From: Trichosphaerium sp. ATCC 40318
Taxonomy: Eukaryota > Protista > Tubulinea
Reading direction: 5' to 3'
Assembly: GCA_038496445.1 (NCBI GenBank)
Contig: JALMLS010000322.1
Span: forward strand, 496,001 to 560,000
DNA length: 64,000 nt
A model generated the notes under the pieces. That model had not been told where the DNA came from, searched no databases, and saw nothing but the letters and a program-made list of their open reading frames with translations. The position numbers and the translations under genes are program-made. The stretch's first letter is position 1. Every line of letters begins with the position of its first letter. Below, in pieces: positions 39,617-52,523 of this stretch.

Positions 39617-41773
39617 ATGGGTAATCGTATTAGAAAGTCGTCGCTGTCGGGAAATTCTCATAGGCGGAAATTGGCTCAATTCGTTAAAATATCACTGCCT
39701 GACGGTACGGTAACGTATATTAACGGTGTATAATGGGTTAGAGGACGAGTCTATTGACTTTGACGTTTGTCCGTTTGCACAGTTACCAACAGAGGTTGTT
39801 TTAATGATTTGGGATGAAGTGGGCATGAAAGAGCTCGTTTTAACCTGTATTGTAGTTTGTAAATGGTACACTAGTGCGTTTTAGGCTAAAAACTCGAAAA
39901 CAATCGTGACGCGTTTCACAGGGCGTGACTAAAGCGCCATGAATAATTTTAACAAGCTAAACTTTGTAGGTGGCGTATTCTTATTGTAGAGATTGAAAAA
40001 GCTTGGAAGTACTATATTGATCAAATGCGCATCACCGATAACTCTGTACGTTAGGCTAACAACTGATTTTTCAGCGATACTTTCGATTAATTGAAAATCT
40101 TTTTTTTAAACAGGCGTTGGAGTATCTGGCGTACAACTTCTGCCATAAGAGAAATTGGAGCCTGCAACATTGCTTCAGTATAACATCTACGGGATACGCA
40201 ACACTTGCAGAACATGTGATACAGATAAACACTCTAGGTACAGAATAAAAAAAAGAATGATGTTCATGCAGTTTAAAAGAAATTGTCAGCTTGTGAAGCA
40301 ATGCTGTCAATTGTGTGAACTTTTGGTCAACGTTTGTGACGTGAAAATTATATTTTGTCCCTGGAAGTAGTCTATTATAATACGATACGACCACAACAGA
40401 GATTTTTATTTCTTTTTTTTTTTTTTTTGATTTCTTTTATTAGATATTACTGGATGCACTCGATTCAATGATGCTTGCTTACTACAAATAATAAACTCAA
40501 ATCACGCAGACACTATTAAAAAGTTAGTATTATGTGGATCTCAAGTAACATCAAACTCACTGCAACACCTCACAACATGCGTGAACTTAAATACTTTGGG
40601 TGCGTCTATTTTTACCGCCCGTTTTTTTTATTCTCAATTTTTTCTTGTAATAAAAAGTGTCAACATGTGTTGCTCATACAAACTTGACACTTTATATTGG
40701 TGTACAACATACGTGTAAATCGTATGAAGTAATTATTAACTTTGTGTTAGACCTGAGACGTTGTTTTTCTCTATTCTCAAAAAATGCAAATACCTCATTC
40801 TTTAATACCCTTCAATCTCTAACAGACCTGGATATTGCGTCATTCAATGATTATATACCATTACAAATAATATCAGAACTTACAAACTTAAAACGTCTAT
40901 CATACTCTAACAGCTCGTCTCCAATTAACACACTGTCTACTTTGACAAACCTAGTACGCCACTTTTTTCCTGCCTTCATAAAAACGTCAGAAAACTCCTT
41001 GGTCCTTAGCTGGTAGAATAGCTACTGGTACCATAGAATGAAAAATAAGTGACATGCACAAAATAACTATTTGAAGTCACATACAATATGCAACAATCTT
41101 ACTTTAAGTCATGTAAAGTACTTTGTAACTATGTTCTGACACAGTATCACATAGGAATCGCTTCATCGCATTCATTACAGTCAAATTAAGAAAGGTAATT
41201 GTAAAAGAGTTCTATCACGACTAACATCTCTTGGTATATTTAATACAAAAGACGAACCAACGCACGTGATATTTTAAACGTATTGGGAAAAAAAGACGTT
41301 TTTCTTAATATTTTCTTACACTACCTTTTGATTGTAAAACTGCGTTTCTTCCTAATTTCCTTATATTAGATTCTTAGAAGGTCTTACAGACTTAAGAGAG
41401 CTTGTATTAACAAGACCAAGAGACCTTTCTACACTCGGTTATCCAATGATATCAGTGTTAAGTGATTTACTCCCAAAGCTTAAGTCAATACACACTTTTG
41501 GACTTGTAGGCTTTAGATACTGTTTACACCAGACTGAAATGGATAAACTTTGTGAACATGTTCACAAGCTAGTACGAAATTGTTTTACAGTCAAAACAAG
41601 CTAAGACAAAACAAGAACAAATGAACAAGTTTTTTTCATTCAGGTTTTATTTTTGCTTACTTCTTTTTTAGCGCAAAATTGAGGTTGTTGGAGCAATTGA
41701 TAGTTTTAGAAATTCTCGAGAGTGTATTGAAAGAATAAGGGCTGCGTCTCCTGGAATCATCTTCGAGTACTAA
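39617..41773 (+). CDS. Intron-rich F-box/LRR protein
   Basis: MGN start; FAQLPTEVVLMIW..VCKWW F-box; LRR-like exons (LDITGCTRFND, LTDLDIASF, LTNLKRLSY). Internal exons approximate. Confidence 0.72.
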
Positions 41774-42303
41774 CACAATGTAACTAATTATTAAAGTTTC
41801 AAATCAACTGCTGTAAATATGTAATGCGATGTAACTTGTTTGTCCATTGGCTAGTAAACAACAACATCAAGGGCCCTACGTTAGATGCTTTATACTTTAT
41901 AGTCTTCCCAATCGTGCAAGGTTTCTTACGATGAATGAGCTTTCTGACGCATAGCTTTTCAATTGTGAGAGCAGCTCGCTTCAAGAACGATTTTATTGAA
42001 TACACCAACCTTTGTAAGCTGTGCATTCCCAAAATATTTGTCTGGCATTTCTTCTTCTACCTGCACCCATTCTGACGCTTGAAAAAAGTTCATTTTGCCT
42101 TCAACATATGTTTCTTAGCGTAGTACGGTAATTATATCAATGATGCTCTTAGTTTCGCTCCATAAGAACGACTCGGTTTAGTGTGTCGGAGCGGGTACAA
42201 GATACTTCCAGAATCCACTTGCTCCGTGTTTAAGCGGGATAAAGTGCTAGCTTAAGGAAGGCTATTCCAAGAATTAATTCTTTTCGTAAAGCTAACTCTT
42301 AAA

Positions 42304-45300
42304 ATGCCTCCAAAGCGTAAAAAACAAGGCAGCAAGAAAAAAAATGAGTCTTCGGGTGTTTCATCTTTGTCTGTAAACCCTATGAAGCTTCAAGAGCTAT
42401 CAGAGCTTGTTTATGGGTTTAGCGATTCTCCTACGCAATTATCACTGGCTAGAGTTGACGTACGTAAAGAAAAGAAACCGCGCTCTGATATCCTTGAAAA
42501 CAACTCAAAAAATGTTGTGAGGTTGTTAGAGAGCGAGCCGGCAAACTTCTTTATTAAAAAGTTTTTGTTTTTGACCTTTCTCAAAGAGGCAATGGAACTA
42601 CATCACAACTCTTCCTAATTTCAAATGGATACCTTTCCCGCCACAACTATACTTGGAAGACCTTTCACAATACACTACAAAGGCAAAAAAAGATCTTAAG
42701 AATGGTACATTCATGCCAAACACTCAAGGTGTGGGGATGACATACTCAAATGGAACTACAACATTTTCTTTCAACGTGAGCCTCCTTCGTTAATGTGTAC
42801 ATGCGCTAAACGTTAAATTTTTAAGGAGTCCCACAAGAAGAGTGTGAACAGGTGGAGGAAACAGTTGAGCATCTATTAGAACACGTGATACTTACTTAGC
42901 CTAGATTTTCTGACAAAGTTGAGAAAATGACACTACGAGGGAACCACATATTACTGTCGTCGTCTGATGGCGCAGTGCAATGTATATTGATGCCAGCATC
43001 GTCTTCTTATCCTAGATTCCCAATGAGCTATTTTTGGAACCTTTGGGCGTCAGAACCTGGAAAATACTTTTTGCGTATAAAATTCAAAGAAGAACCACAA
43101 CCAACACACTACGCTGATAAATATGGGAAGAGCTGTCCTAGATTTTTTACCATTGAGCCACACTATAACTGGCACATGTACGTACATGCCCCAAGCGGCT
43201 TTCATTTCTGCACAGTCGCTCAATAGCACGTGATACTAATCACTACTACAGGTTTTCAAAAATTGCTTCTGGTTTAAGTGTTGTGCAGGCATTTGGGGGA
43301 CTTTCTATGGACAACCCAATACCTAACGCATTCTTTCAATATATTCTTAGTTGTTACCAGAAAGGACTGGTATCTGAAGAGTCGTTACAAGAAGATACGG
43401 TAATTTTTTCCCGTGTAACTAGTTCTACAAAAAACTAACTTTGTCTGAAGCCGTTCTACAAAAAAATAGTAAATGCTCCTAAAGATGACTTTGTGTTTGA
43501 CCTATGTCGCAAAACCATATCACCACGTGGTGATATAGATGTTTTTAGAGAGCTTATAGATGCGTTAAAAAAAATATCAGGGGTTAAGGGTATTAAGGGA
43601 CCAAGCACAAAAATGTGTAATGGCAGCTTATCACTTTCAACATCGAAACTATCACTTAAAGTCGGAAAAAAAGTATTGAGTTTCCAGTGACCGAGAGTGG
43701 ACTAAAGACATTAAACAAGGCTTCAAAAACAGCCTCATTTGGTAAAGGTAAGGGTTTATTTAAGCAAATAACTTTTTCTTAAACCAAATAGGTGTTGACG
43801 AGGTAGTAGATGCTACTTACAGAAATGCAAGGCACATAACAAAGGATAACTTTGAGCTGAACTTTGATACCTCAAGTATACTCAAAAAGGTACGTAGACA
43901 ACAGAAAATTTATCAAACATACAACGTTCAAACGCTTGAGAACTACAGTGTTTTCACCACAACTAAATCATCTTCTTTTTTCTGAAACTGTTTTTCGCAC
44001 ACGGCATTCATGTATCTGACCATTCACTCAAATTGACTCTAAATCACTCACTTTATATCGGTACAGTTCATTTGATGATAACTTTTTAATAGGTGGCCAA
44101 GATGGCTCCAGAGTTTTCGAATATAAAAGCACGTTTACACAAGATAAATCTTTATTCAAGAGGTGGTTTCTTTAAAGCACACCAAGATTCTCCAAGAGGT
44201 ATTTTTTAAATGAATCTCTACTTGTGTTTTCTAATGTTACATGTTGTAGATGAGACCATGTTTGGATCACTTGTTGTATGTCTTCCTTGCACTTTCACGG
44301 TAAGCAAAAAAACAAAAACCAGCTCAAAATTCTTGGTCTTTTTTCTGCAGTGAACAGAAAAGATATCACGTGTTTTATTCTTGACTTTGTACCAAATCCT
44401 TTTTTCCGTACATTACAAGACCTTACTCTACCTTGCCGATAAAAACGGTATGGTTGTGGTTAAAGAAAAATGATTTGACCTGAGTAGTTTATTGTTATTA
44501 CAACTCTAATACCATTATATCTTACGTTGCTCTAGGGTGGTGTATTTGAACTTTTCAATGACAAACTATCAAACCCTAAAAAGCTCGATTGGGGTAAAAA
44601 GAGTCATTCAAAACTAGTTCAATGGGTTGCATTCTTCAGCGATATTCACCACAGAATATCAAGTGTACAAAGTGGTTCCAGAATCACTGTAACATACGAA
44701 CTTATTGGTACCCCAACACCAATCTCATTGCCAAAAAGCACCTCAAATCCATTTTATACTGCACTTCGCTCAATATTAACATCTAAGTACAAGCTCACTC
44801 AGGTATGTACATGACTAATTAGAAACCGCTTCGTTTTTGTTCACTTTAGCTTCTACTTGCACTGTTAACACTTGTTTTCCTAGGGAGCTACGTTTGGTAT
44901 TGTATTAACACATCAGTACTCTGCGAAGTTATTAAACGGACACGGGATAAAATGCCTTAAAGGTAAAGGAATTGCTTTTTGTTTTTATTTGGAAACTAAT
45001 TTGTTGTTCTAGGTGTTGACGCTTTAGTGTACTCAATACTAAAAACGCTGAAGCTAAATCCTGAGCTTGCTAGAGTATCAAAGGTTGAGGATTACTCTGA
45101 TCCAACAGAGATAGTGAGTTTCTTTGAAGATGATGGTGATTTTCCTACAAATGTAGCCCAACCAAGTGAAGAGGCTCTTGAAGGTCTTGACTGTCATGAC
45201 TGTAAGGATTCATACCTAGAAGGAGAACTTGGAATGAGCCGAAGCAAGACATGTTGGTTAAATGATGTCAATTCAGTCAACGAGATTAAGGCTGGTCTTG

Positions 45301-45407
45301 GTGCTTTGATGTATGGTAACTTTCCTGTATCTATGGAAATGTTCTATGTACATGCCGCAATCACTTTTAAAATACCATCGTACAAAGTTAGAATAACAAA
45401 GGGTTAA
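42304..45407 (+). CDS. Protein with C-terminal 2OG-Fe(II) oxygenase domain; apparent 1-nt frameshift at 43666-43672
   Basis: ASFGKG..VVDATYR, LHKINLYSRGGFFKAHQD (HxD), FGSLVVCLP, AFFSDIHHRI..GSRITVTY (distal His and Arg). N-terminal half unrecognised. Confidence 0.78.
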
Positions 45408-45862
45408 TACAATAAAGAATTAAAATCCATTGTTTTAGTTCGTTGTCACACTTGTGGATTAGGTAGCAATGATATCGAATGGTACAGCAGATACTCTTCC
45501 ACATGGAAGCCACTTTACGAGCGATCAAGTATTATGCACAAAATAAGCAGAAACTGATATCCCTGATGTCGTTCAAATGAACAGTTTTCAAGGCATGGGA
45601 GATTATCCTTTAAAGACGATTATGACAGCGTGATGAACATTCTGATTGGAGCAATATTTAGTCAGATTATCCAGGAAATTACATTAGTTGAGCTCAGTCA
45701 TGAATGCCAGGAGATATCTTCAACGTACAGTTCTATTTGTACACGCACGTTGCTGCCTGGTGGTAGACTTCTGGTGACAGGGATACTGTACTAAAAATAG
45801 GAACTTAGACGTAGGAACTGGCTTTATTGGCAGTCAACGAATCTCAACATAACGTGGCAAGT

Positions 45863-47308
45863 ATGGAAGAAAGCTACACAATTTCGCCTGTCGCAATAGT
45901 TACACTTAAAGTACTCGCCAGTGGAGACGTTACAATTATCGTAAATGAACCTGAGTACGTTGAATCTTACTCTTTTGTATTAAAAGCAAATATTTAGGGA
46001 CTTTAAAACGTACCAAGGAACCTACAATATCTCAAAACTGATTGAAGTATCAAATGGGCTGATTAAAACGGTTGATGCACTAAAAGACCTTGTCAAGAAA
46101 GCTGTGGATTCCAACGATCAAATTAAGCTATTATACAGTGTATTGTAACGGAACAGTTGTAACGTTGATGTAAGTTCTAATTTATTAATATTTACAAGTT
46201 AAGTAGAGTAGATAACTGATAGAAAACAGATAGAAATTTATGGGAAATTTCATATATTTTCTACTTCTCATTGAGAGTTCCTCAAGTAATTCCATACGAG
46301 TTCTATCGGAGTTCTATAGGAATTCTTAGCGTTACATGTATGTATGTTACTACCGCGGAAAAAATGTCTTCTCACTGTCGTGCTCAAAGATTCCTGAAAT
46401 CCATTTTTCACATCAATCAATTTTATGAATTTTTGAAAGCGTCTCAAAAACGATACTGCCCACCCAGCCAAACTTAACATTCTACTTAATTTTATTGGTT
46501 CGTATGAAATCCTTGGCATTTAAAACCTTAACATCTTTTCTGTAGTCAACGAACCAATCCGCAAAGCTTGTATTTTCAATATCACTGGGATTCCTAAATG
46601 AGGAAGTATCTATTATTCTTCTGTCAAAGAGCGAACCACCTGAAGAACGTTTTGTTAAAATACTAAAGAACTTAAGGCAAGAAAACAAATTACTTAAGGA
46701 ACGCTTAGATAACCACACTGGACCCTTGAACAAATATAGTATGTGGCATAGTCAACTTTTGGCTAATGAACACTTTGCAATCACCGGAAGTAATGTTACC
46801 AAGATGATTGGTACTTCAAACACTCATGCTCAATTGACACACAAAGTCGCCTACTCCTCTGGTGTTCATTGTTGGGCGTTAAGAGTTGGTTCTACTGCTT
46901 CCTGTTCTTTATCAGTTGGTATCACACCAGATCCAAACATAACCGGTATGGCTGGCCATAATGACGTGGGTATTTCATTCTATTGCAGTAACTTTGGCAT
47001 GTACGTTGTACAACCTGTAAAAAAAAACCCTCTGCTTACACTTACATAGATACTATGGTGGCAATGATCCAGGAAAATATAACAGCAAAGCAGTTAAAGC
47101 TGGTGATATTTTGACTACCGTTTTGAATATGAATACAAAAACAGGACGTTGAATGCAATCATAGTTATGCTAACATTTTTATTAGGTTGAATTTTTTGTA
47201 GGAAATTCAAGAAAAGGAAAAAAAGAAAGAATACCTAACACACCATACCATTATACTATTTCAACATATCATGCAGGAGACAATTTTGAATTATTGTACC
47301 ACTATTAG
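45863..47308 (+). CDS. Head domain + coiled coil + SPRY protein, copy A
   Basis: MEESYTISP..; ILKNLRQENKLLKERL coiled coil; SPRY YSSGVHCWALRV..LSVGIT..VKAGDILTTVLNMNTKT|VEFFVG..PYHYTIS. Confidence 0.8.
46144..46336. mobile_element. Solo LTR-like insertion (193 bp)
   Basis: Ends TGTAACG...CGTTACA (TG..CA, 7-bp inverted termini), flanked by TGTAT at 46139-46143 and 46337-46341. Absent at the paralogous site near 48895-48903. Confidence 0.85.
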
Positions 47309-47913
47309 TATCACACTATTACACTAAAATGCACATGCTGGATATGAAACGACACAGCTCTGAGACTTTGAGCAAATAATAAACATCTAAAGAAATTGGC
47401 TACAATTAGCATTTTTCACTTACATTTAATACATCAATAACAACATGTTATAAAGAACAGATTATCTAAAGTGTATGTACATGGTTGAGTGATCAAATAT
47501 GTGATAGTAGTGATTTTTATGATGTGTTCATAAATATCTTAAAGAGCCAGAAAATCACATCACTTCGCTATGGTTCCTTCTTCTAGTTTATCATAAAAAA
47601 CTATTTTTAACATCAAAATAATTTCTGTTTTAAAAGTGGAGTGCTTACATAGGGCTCTACAAGCCAGGAGTTTAACAGACCGCCACATATTCGATCACTC
47701 AACCATGTACCTACACGTTAGATAATCTGCTCTTTATTGCTTGCTTTGCGCATTCGTTGTTGTTTAGTTAAAAGCATTGTTATCGACATTGAAAGGACTA
47801 GTTGTTAATACAAAAATGAAAGAGGCAAACGATAGCCCAAGTCCTTTATGTTTATTATGCTCAATGTCTCTCAGAGGCCATGCGTTTCAATCCAGCATGT
47901 GCAACTTAGTGTA

Positions 47914-49181
47914 CTAATGATGGTACAGTAATTCTATATTGTCTGCTGAGGTGTACAATGAAAGAGTGTAATGGTATGGTGTGTTAGGTATGCTTTCTTT
48001 AATTCCTTTTCTTGAATTTCCAACAAAAAATTCAACCTAATAAAAATGTTAGCATAACTATGATTGCATTCAACGTCCTGTTTTTGTATTCATATTCAAA
48101 ACGGTAGTCAAAATATCACCAGCTTTAACTGCATGGCTGTTATAATTACGTGGATCTTTGCCGCCAATGTATCTATGTAAAGTATCAGCAGTGTTTTTTT
48201 TATGTTGTATTACGTACACACCGAAATTATTGCAATAGAATGAAATACCCACGTTTGAACCTAAGCCAGCCATACCATGTAAGTTTGGGTCTGGTGTGAT
48301 ACCAACTGACAAATAACTGGAAGCAATGGAACCAACTCTTAGCGCCCAACAATGAACACCAGAGGAGTAGGCGACTTTGTGTGTCAATTGAGCATGATTG
48401 CATGGATTACCATGTATCTTGGTAACATTACTTCCGGTGATTGCAAGGTGTTCATGAGCCAAAAGTTGACTATGCCACATACTATATTTGTTCAAGGGTC
48501 CAGTGTGGTTATCTAAGCGTTCCTTAAGTAATTTGTTTTCTTGCCTTAAGTTCTTTAGTATTTTAACAAAACGTTCTTCAGGCGGTTCGCTCTTTGACAG
48601 AAGAATAATAGATACTTCCTCATTTAGGAATCCCAGTGATATTGAAAATACAAGCTTTGCGGATTGGTTCGTTGACTACAGAAAAGATAAGATGAGGTGA
48701 AATAAGAGATTGCTTTGTGGACAATTTTCTGACATGCGTTTTTCTCCAGTGTAAAGTGTATGAACTGTTAAGGTTTTAAATGCCAAGGATTTCATACGAA
48801 CCAATAAAATTAAGTAGAATGTTAAGTTTGGCTGGGTGGGCAGTATCGTTTTTGAGACGCTTTCAAAAATTCATAAAATTGAAAAATGGTAACATACATA
48901 CACTGTATAATAGCTTAATTTGGTTGTTGGAATCATCCACAGCTTTCTTGACAAGGTCTTTTAGTGCATCGACCGTTTTAATCAGCCCATTTGATACTTC
49001 AATCAGTTTTGAGATATTGTAGGTTCCTTGGTACGTTTTAAAGTCCCTAAATATTTGCTTTTAATACAAAAGAGTAAGATTCAACGTACTCGGGTTCATT
49101 AACGATAATTGTAACGTCTCCACTGGCGAGTACTTTAAGTGTAACTATTGCGACAGGCGAAATTGTGTAGCTTTCTTCCAT
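47914..49181 (-). CDS. Head domain + coiled coil + SPRY protein, copy B
   Basis: Same exon structure as copy A on the opposite strand, with frames open in all exons. Confidence 0.8.
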
Positions 49182-49695
49182 ACTTGCCACGTTATGTTGA
49201 GATTTGTTGACTGCCAACAAAGCCAGTTCCTATGTCTAAGTTCCTATTTTTACTTCCAGTATTCTTGTCACCACCAGGCAGTAACGCGCGTGTACAAATA
49301 GAACTGTATGATCAGCAGGCTGTCATAATCTTCTTTAAGGAGAAATAGATTCTAAAGTATTTCTCTTCTCATTGTTTGTGCTACCCGTCATCTATAAAAG
49401 GCTATTGAATTGTTTTTTATGCTAAGAAAACTCACGAATACTTTTAGCTACCCAGCCAACATGGTTAAATGACGGAACATACTCGCCTTAACATTCAAAG
49501 GTTTATGAAATACGACTTGCCACAAACAGTGTTAAAGGCGAGGGGAGATAGCAAAGGTAAACAAAATTGTCCATTGTACGTCACTAAGAGTGATAACTGA
49601 GCGAATTTGATTTCTAGTTTTCAATCAAATTGCTTTTCAATCAAGTCAAAATTATTCATTATTTTATCATTACACAGCCATCAACACACCTCATC

Positions 49696-50997
49696 ATGAG
49701 CCTTACCAGAAATAACAAACGTACTTTAACCGACTTATCAAACATCAAAGCCGCACATTACGATATTCCTCCTGAAATATGGAGTCTCATATTATCACTC
49801 TTAAATGACGACAAAGATCGATGTACCATTGCTTCAACTTGTTTAAAGTTCTATTTCCTTATCCATGACAATATCGGCTACAACAAAATCTATGTCAACC
49901 AAGAAAACATAGAAATGATATCTGAAAGCGAAGGTATACTAAACAATACCCTTGTTGTCGTTGCTTGCCCTTGCTATAAAAGAAACTCCAGTGCCGAATG
50001 TACATGTGACGATAGGAGTTTTTACTTTGACTATGCTTCCATTATAGAGGATATTTCAGAAGCAAGACATGTTGACATTTCACCTTGTAGCTATTTGCTT
50101 TCTGAGGAAGACATTGAACATTTTAGCAACGTTCATACTCTAAACCTCTCAGGTTATATTCCAATAACAAGCAAATTCACCAAGTGCCTAGCTGGTATTC
50201 ATTCAATTGACTTGAGTGACACTTGTGAAGTAACAGATGAAGCTATTTGTACTCTCGCTGGAGTTCACACTATCAACTTATCAAACTGTATTGGTGTTAC
50301 AGATGTAAGTCTAAAAGCACTCAAAGGTGTTCATGAAATACACCTTGATAACAATCTTGATATCACGGATGAAGGTATCAAAGCGCTTGCAGGAGTACAT
50401 ACAATATATCTAGCTCACTGTCCAAACATCACAAATGAAGGCGTCAAAGCTCTTGCTGGAGTTCACACCATTTCCTTGCGATATGGATGTAGAAGAATAA
50501 CTGATGATGGATTGAAACATTTAGCAGGTGTTCACTCTATTGACATAAGCCACATGGAAGCAAGTTATCATTGTGGATCGAGGGGAATAACGGCAGAAAG
50601 TCTAAGTGCACTACAAGGCGTACATACACTCAACATTGCAAGAAATGAAGGTATCAGACCTTCGGATATAAAAAATCTTACAGGTGTCTATGCAATCAAT
50701 TTAGAGTGTAATCTCTACATGCCATCCTACGCAATTAGCATGGATGTTTTGAAAAGTGTCAGAGTTCTAAGTCACGGTACACCAGGATATGATGATGTAC
50801 TCAGTGAGAACTACTTGTTGCCTATTGAAGGACTTTATGACAATACAGTTGAAGTTGCAAGAAACTGGATACAAGTTGTAGATGGAAAGTGGTTTGATAC
50901 TGGATCAATGTCTCACCCGAATCTCAAACAAGTCAATTGGAAGATCATGCAACCTTTTGATAATTCTACAGACCAAAACGGTATATTTCATATGTAA
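49696..50997 (+). CDS. Intronless F-box + short LRR protein
   Basis: YDIPPEIWSLILSLL..RCTIASTCLKF F-box; ITDEGIKALAGVHTIYLAHC repeats as in the gene at 10388. Confidence 0.88.
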   Translation: MSLTRNNKRTLTDLSNIKAAHYDIPPEIWSLILSLLNDDKDRCTIASTCLKFYFLIHDNIGYNKIYVNQENIEMISESEGILNNTLVVVACPCYKRNSSAECTCDDRSFYFDYASIIEDISEARHVDISPCSYLLSEEDIEHFSNVHTLNLSGYIPITSKFTKCLAGIHSIDLSDTCEVTDEAICTLAGVHTINLSNCIGVTDVSLKALKGVHEIHLDNNLDITDEGIKALAGVHTIYLAHCPNITNEGVKALAGVHTISLRYGCRRITDDGLKHLAGVHSIDISHMEASYHCGSRGITAESLSALQGVHTLNIARNEGIRPSDIKNLTGVYAINLECNLYMPSYAISMDVLKSVRVLSHGTPGYDDVLSENYLLPIEGLYDNTVEVARNWIQVVDGKWFDTGSMSHPNLKQVNWKIMQPFDNSTDQNGIFHM

Positions 50998-51979
50998 AGT
51001 AGCTTGAACAACCTGGCCAAACGTAAACAATAAATTCTGTTACTTCAAATCGTACACTTCCTTATTGTGAGCAAAGGTTTCAGTAAGAGAAATTGTGTGC
51101 ACCCAACTTTGACCTATCAGTTGTTACATCAATGCATTATTATCACTACCTGCGTATTTGCGACTACGATAATACCAAGGGTTACTAGTACCAATAGAAT
51201 CAACACTTTTTTTTTGTTGAGGTAGCAAAATATCACGAGATAATGACGTGTGGAACCTAAAGATCAGTTATCACGTGTTGTGAATCACAACTTGCTCGTG
51301 AAATGTTAGGTTAACTCCTATGTCAAGTGCTTACTATGCTGGCAGCAAAACGTTACAGCAACGTAACGGAGTTTTGGGATATTTCGAAGTATGGACGAAA
51401 AAAAATGAATACATTGCATCATATATGTACGTCTGTTTATGTAACTACCAACCGTGGGCACCTTTCCTACGCATTCATTTAGAATTCCGACAAGCAATTA
51501 TTCGGCACTTTATTCAACCAACTTGACACGTTTAATGTAAAGTCTTGTTTTCTCTAACTATGTTGAAGTTGGTAAAAACACGTGCAACTAAGCATGAGTA
51601 TTGTGACTGCGAAGTAACCTTGAGGGTCGAAGTGATATGACAGCAATGGATACAAGTTTTTGAAAAGTTGCATTTATAGTAGAAAATGTCTATCACAAAA
51701 ACGTTTTTAAATGAATGTGGTACGCCTCTAGAGATAACAAAATCGCTCAGCAACGAAACCGCCAAAAAGTAGAGTATGCGGTTCAGAGAATATCTCAGAC
51801 ATGTTTATCATGCTTACTGTGTTTTTTCTTCATAAACTTTAGCACTGGCGACGATGAACACGCTTTGTAGCGAAAGTACAAGCTAGAAAATAATGACGCT
51901 CTGTAGTACTTAGAAACGGATTATACTCAATAGATAGGTATAATTATAGCTTAGCACACGCCTAAACATAATCTAGAGT

Positions 51980-52523
51980 AGGTGGACAATGGAGTGGGGA
52001 TCCCGCTCTTTGGTACTAAACTAACAACTACCATTTGTCTAAATACTCTCGGTAGCTGCGCGATAGTATGAATACCTGTCTTGGGTTCTACGCTCCATAT
52101 CAACGCCAGTTGGTTTATTAGGTCCTTTTTAATAGTTTTAAGCAGCCCTCTGCAACGTTGTTGGGAACTTTTTCAAACTGATGCTGGTGCGAAAACAACA
52201 AATACTAACCCTCCATATGACAGCCGATTGATTCTGGCCGTCGTACTTTTTGTTTAGTAGATAACTTTTTTGGTTATCTGGAACCTTTCTAAGCGCTTGC
52301 AGGTGTACAATAGCACTATGTGCAATAGCACTATGTGCAAGCTCTGCTAGATGTTCAATCATATCAATTCGCAATACTTGCGAGGTCATATCACGTAAGG
52401 TATGACATGTCGCTCTAATACAAGCTCTGTAGGTATAGCAAACTCAAAACTGTAAACTATGCCGTCTGTGGGCAACATCTAACCAACAAGCGTTCTTCTT
52501 TTTTGTTTGACAAATGATAACAT
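51980..52523 (-). pseudogene. Disrupted paralogue of the F-box gene at 54272-55417
   Basis: Shares RATCHTLRDMTSQVLRI..LQALRKVPDNQK.YLLNKK..DGQNQSAV. Early in-frame TAG and deletion in the F-box; 15-bp tandem duplication near 52309-52338. Confidence 0.8.

Larger units (their letters stand above)
45605..49340. repeat. Large imperfect inverted duplication (arms ~45605-47502 and ~47684-49340, spacer ~180 bp)
   Basis: Reverse-complement identity, e.g. 45860-46140 with 48900-49185, 46540-46800 with 48420-48680, and 47453-47502 with 47684-47733. Confidence 0.95.

Noticed and set aside
41790-42110. Possible small spliced gene on the minus strand
   Set aside because: Several incompatible splice models fit and no family signal is present.
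46726-48495. Diversity-generating-retroelement-like template/variable pair
   Set aside because: Differences are not restricted to adenines, they include indels and intron changes, and no reverse transcriptase is present in the window.
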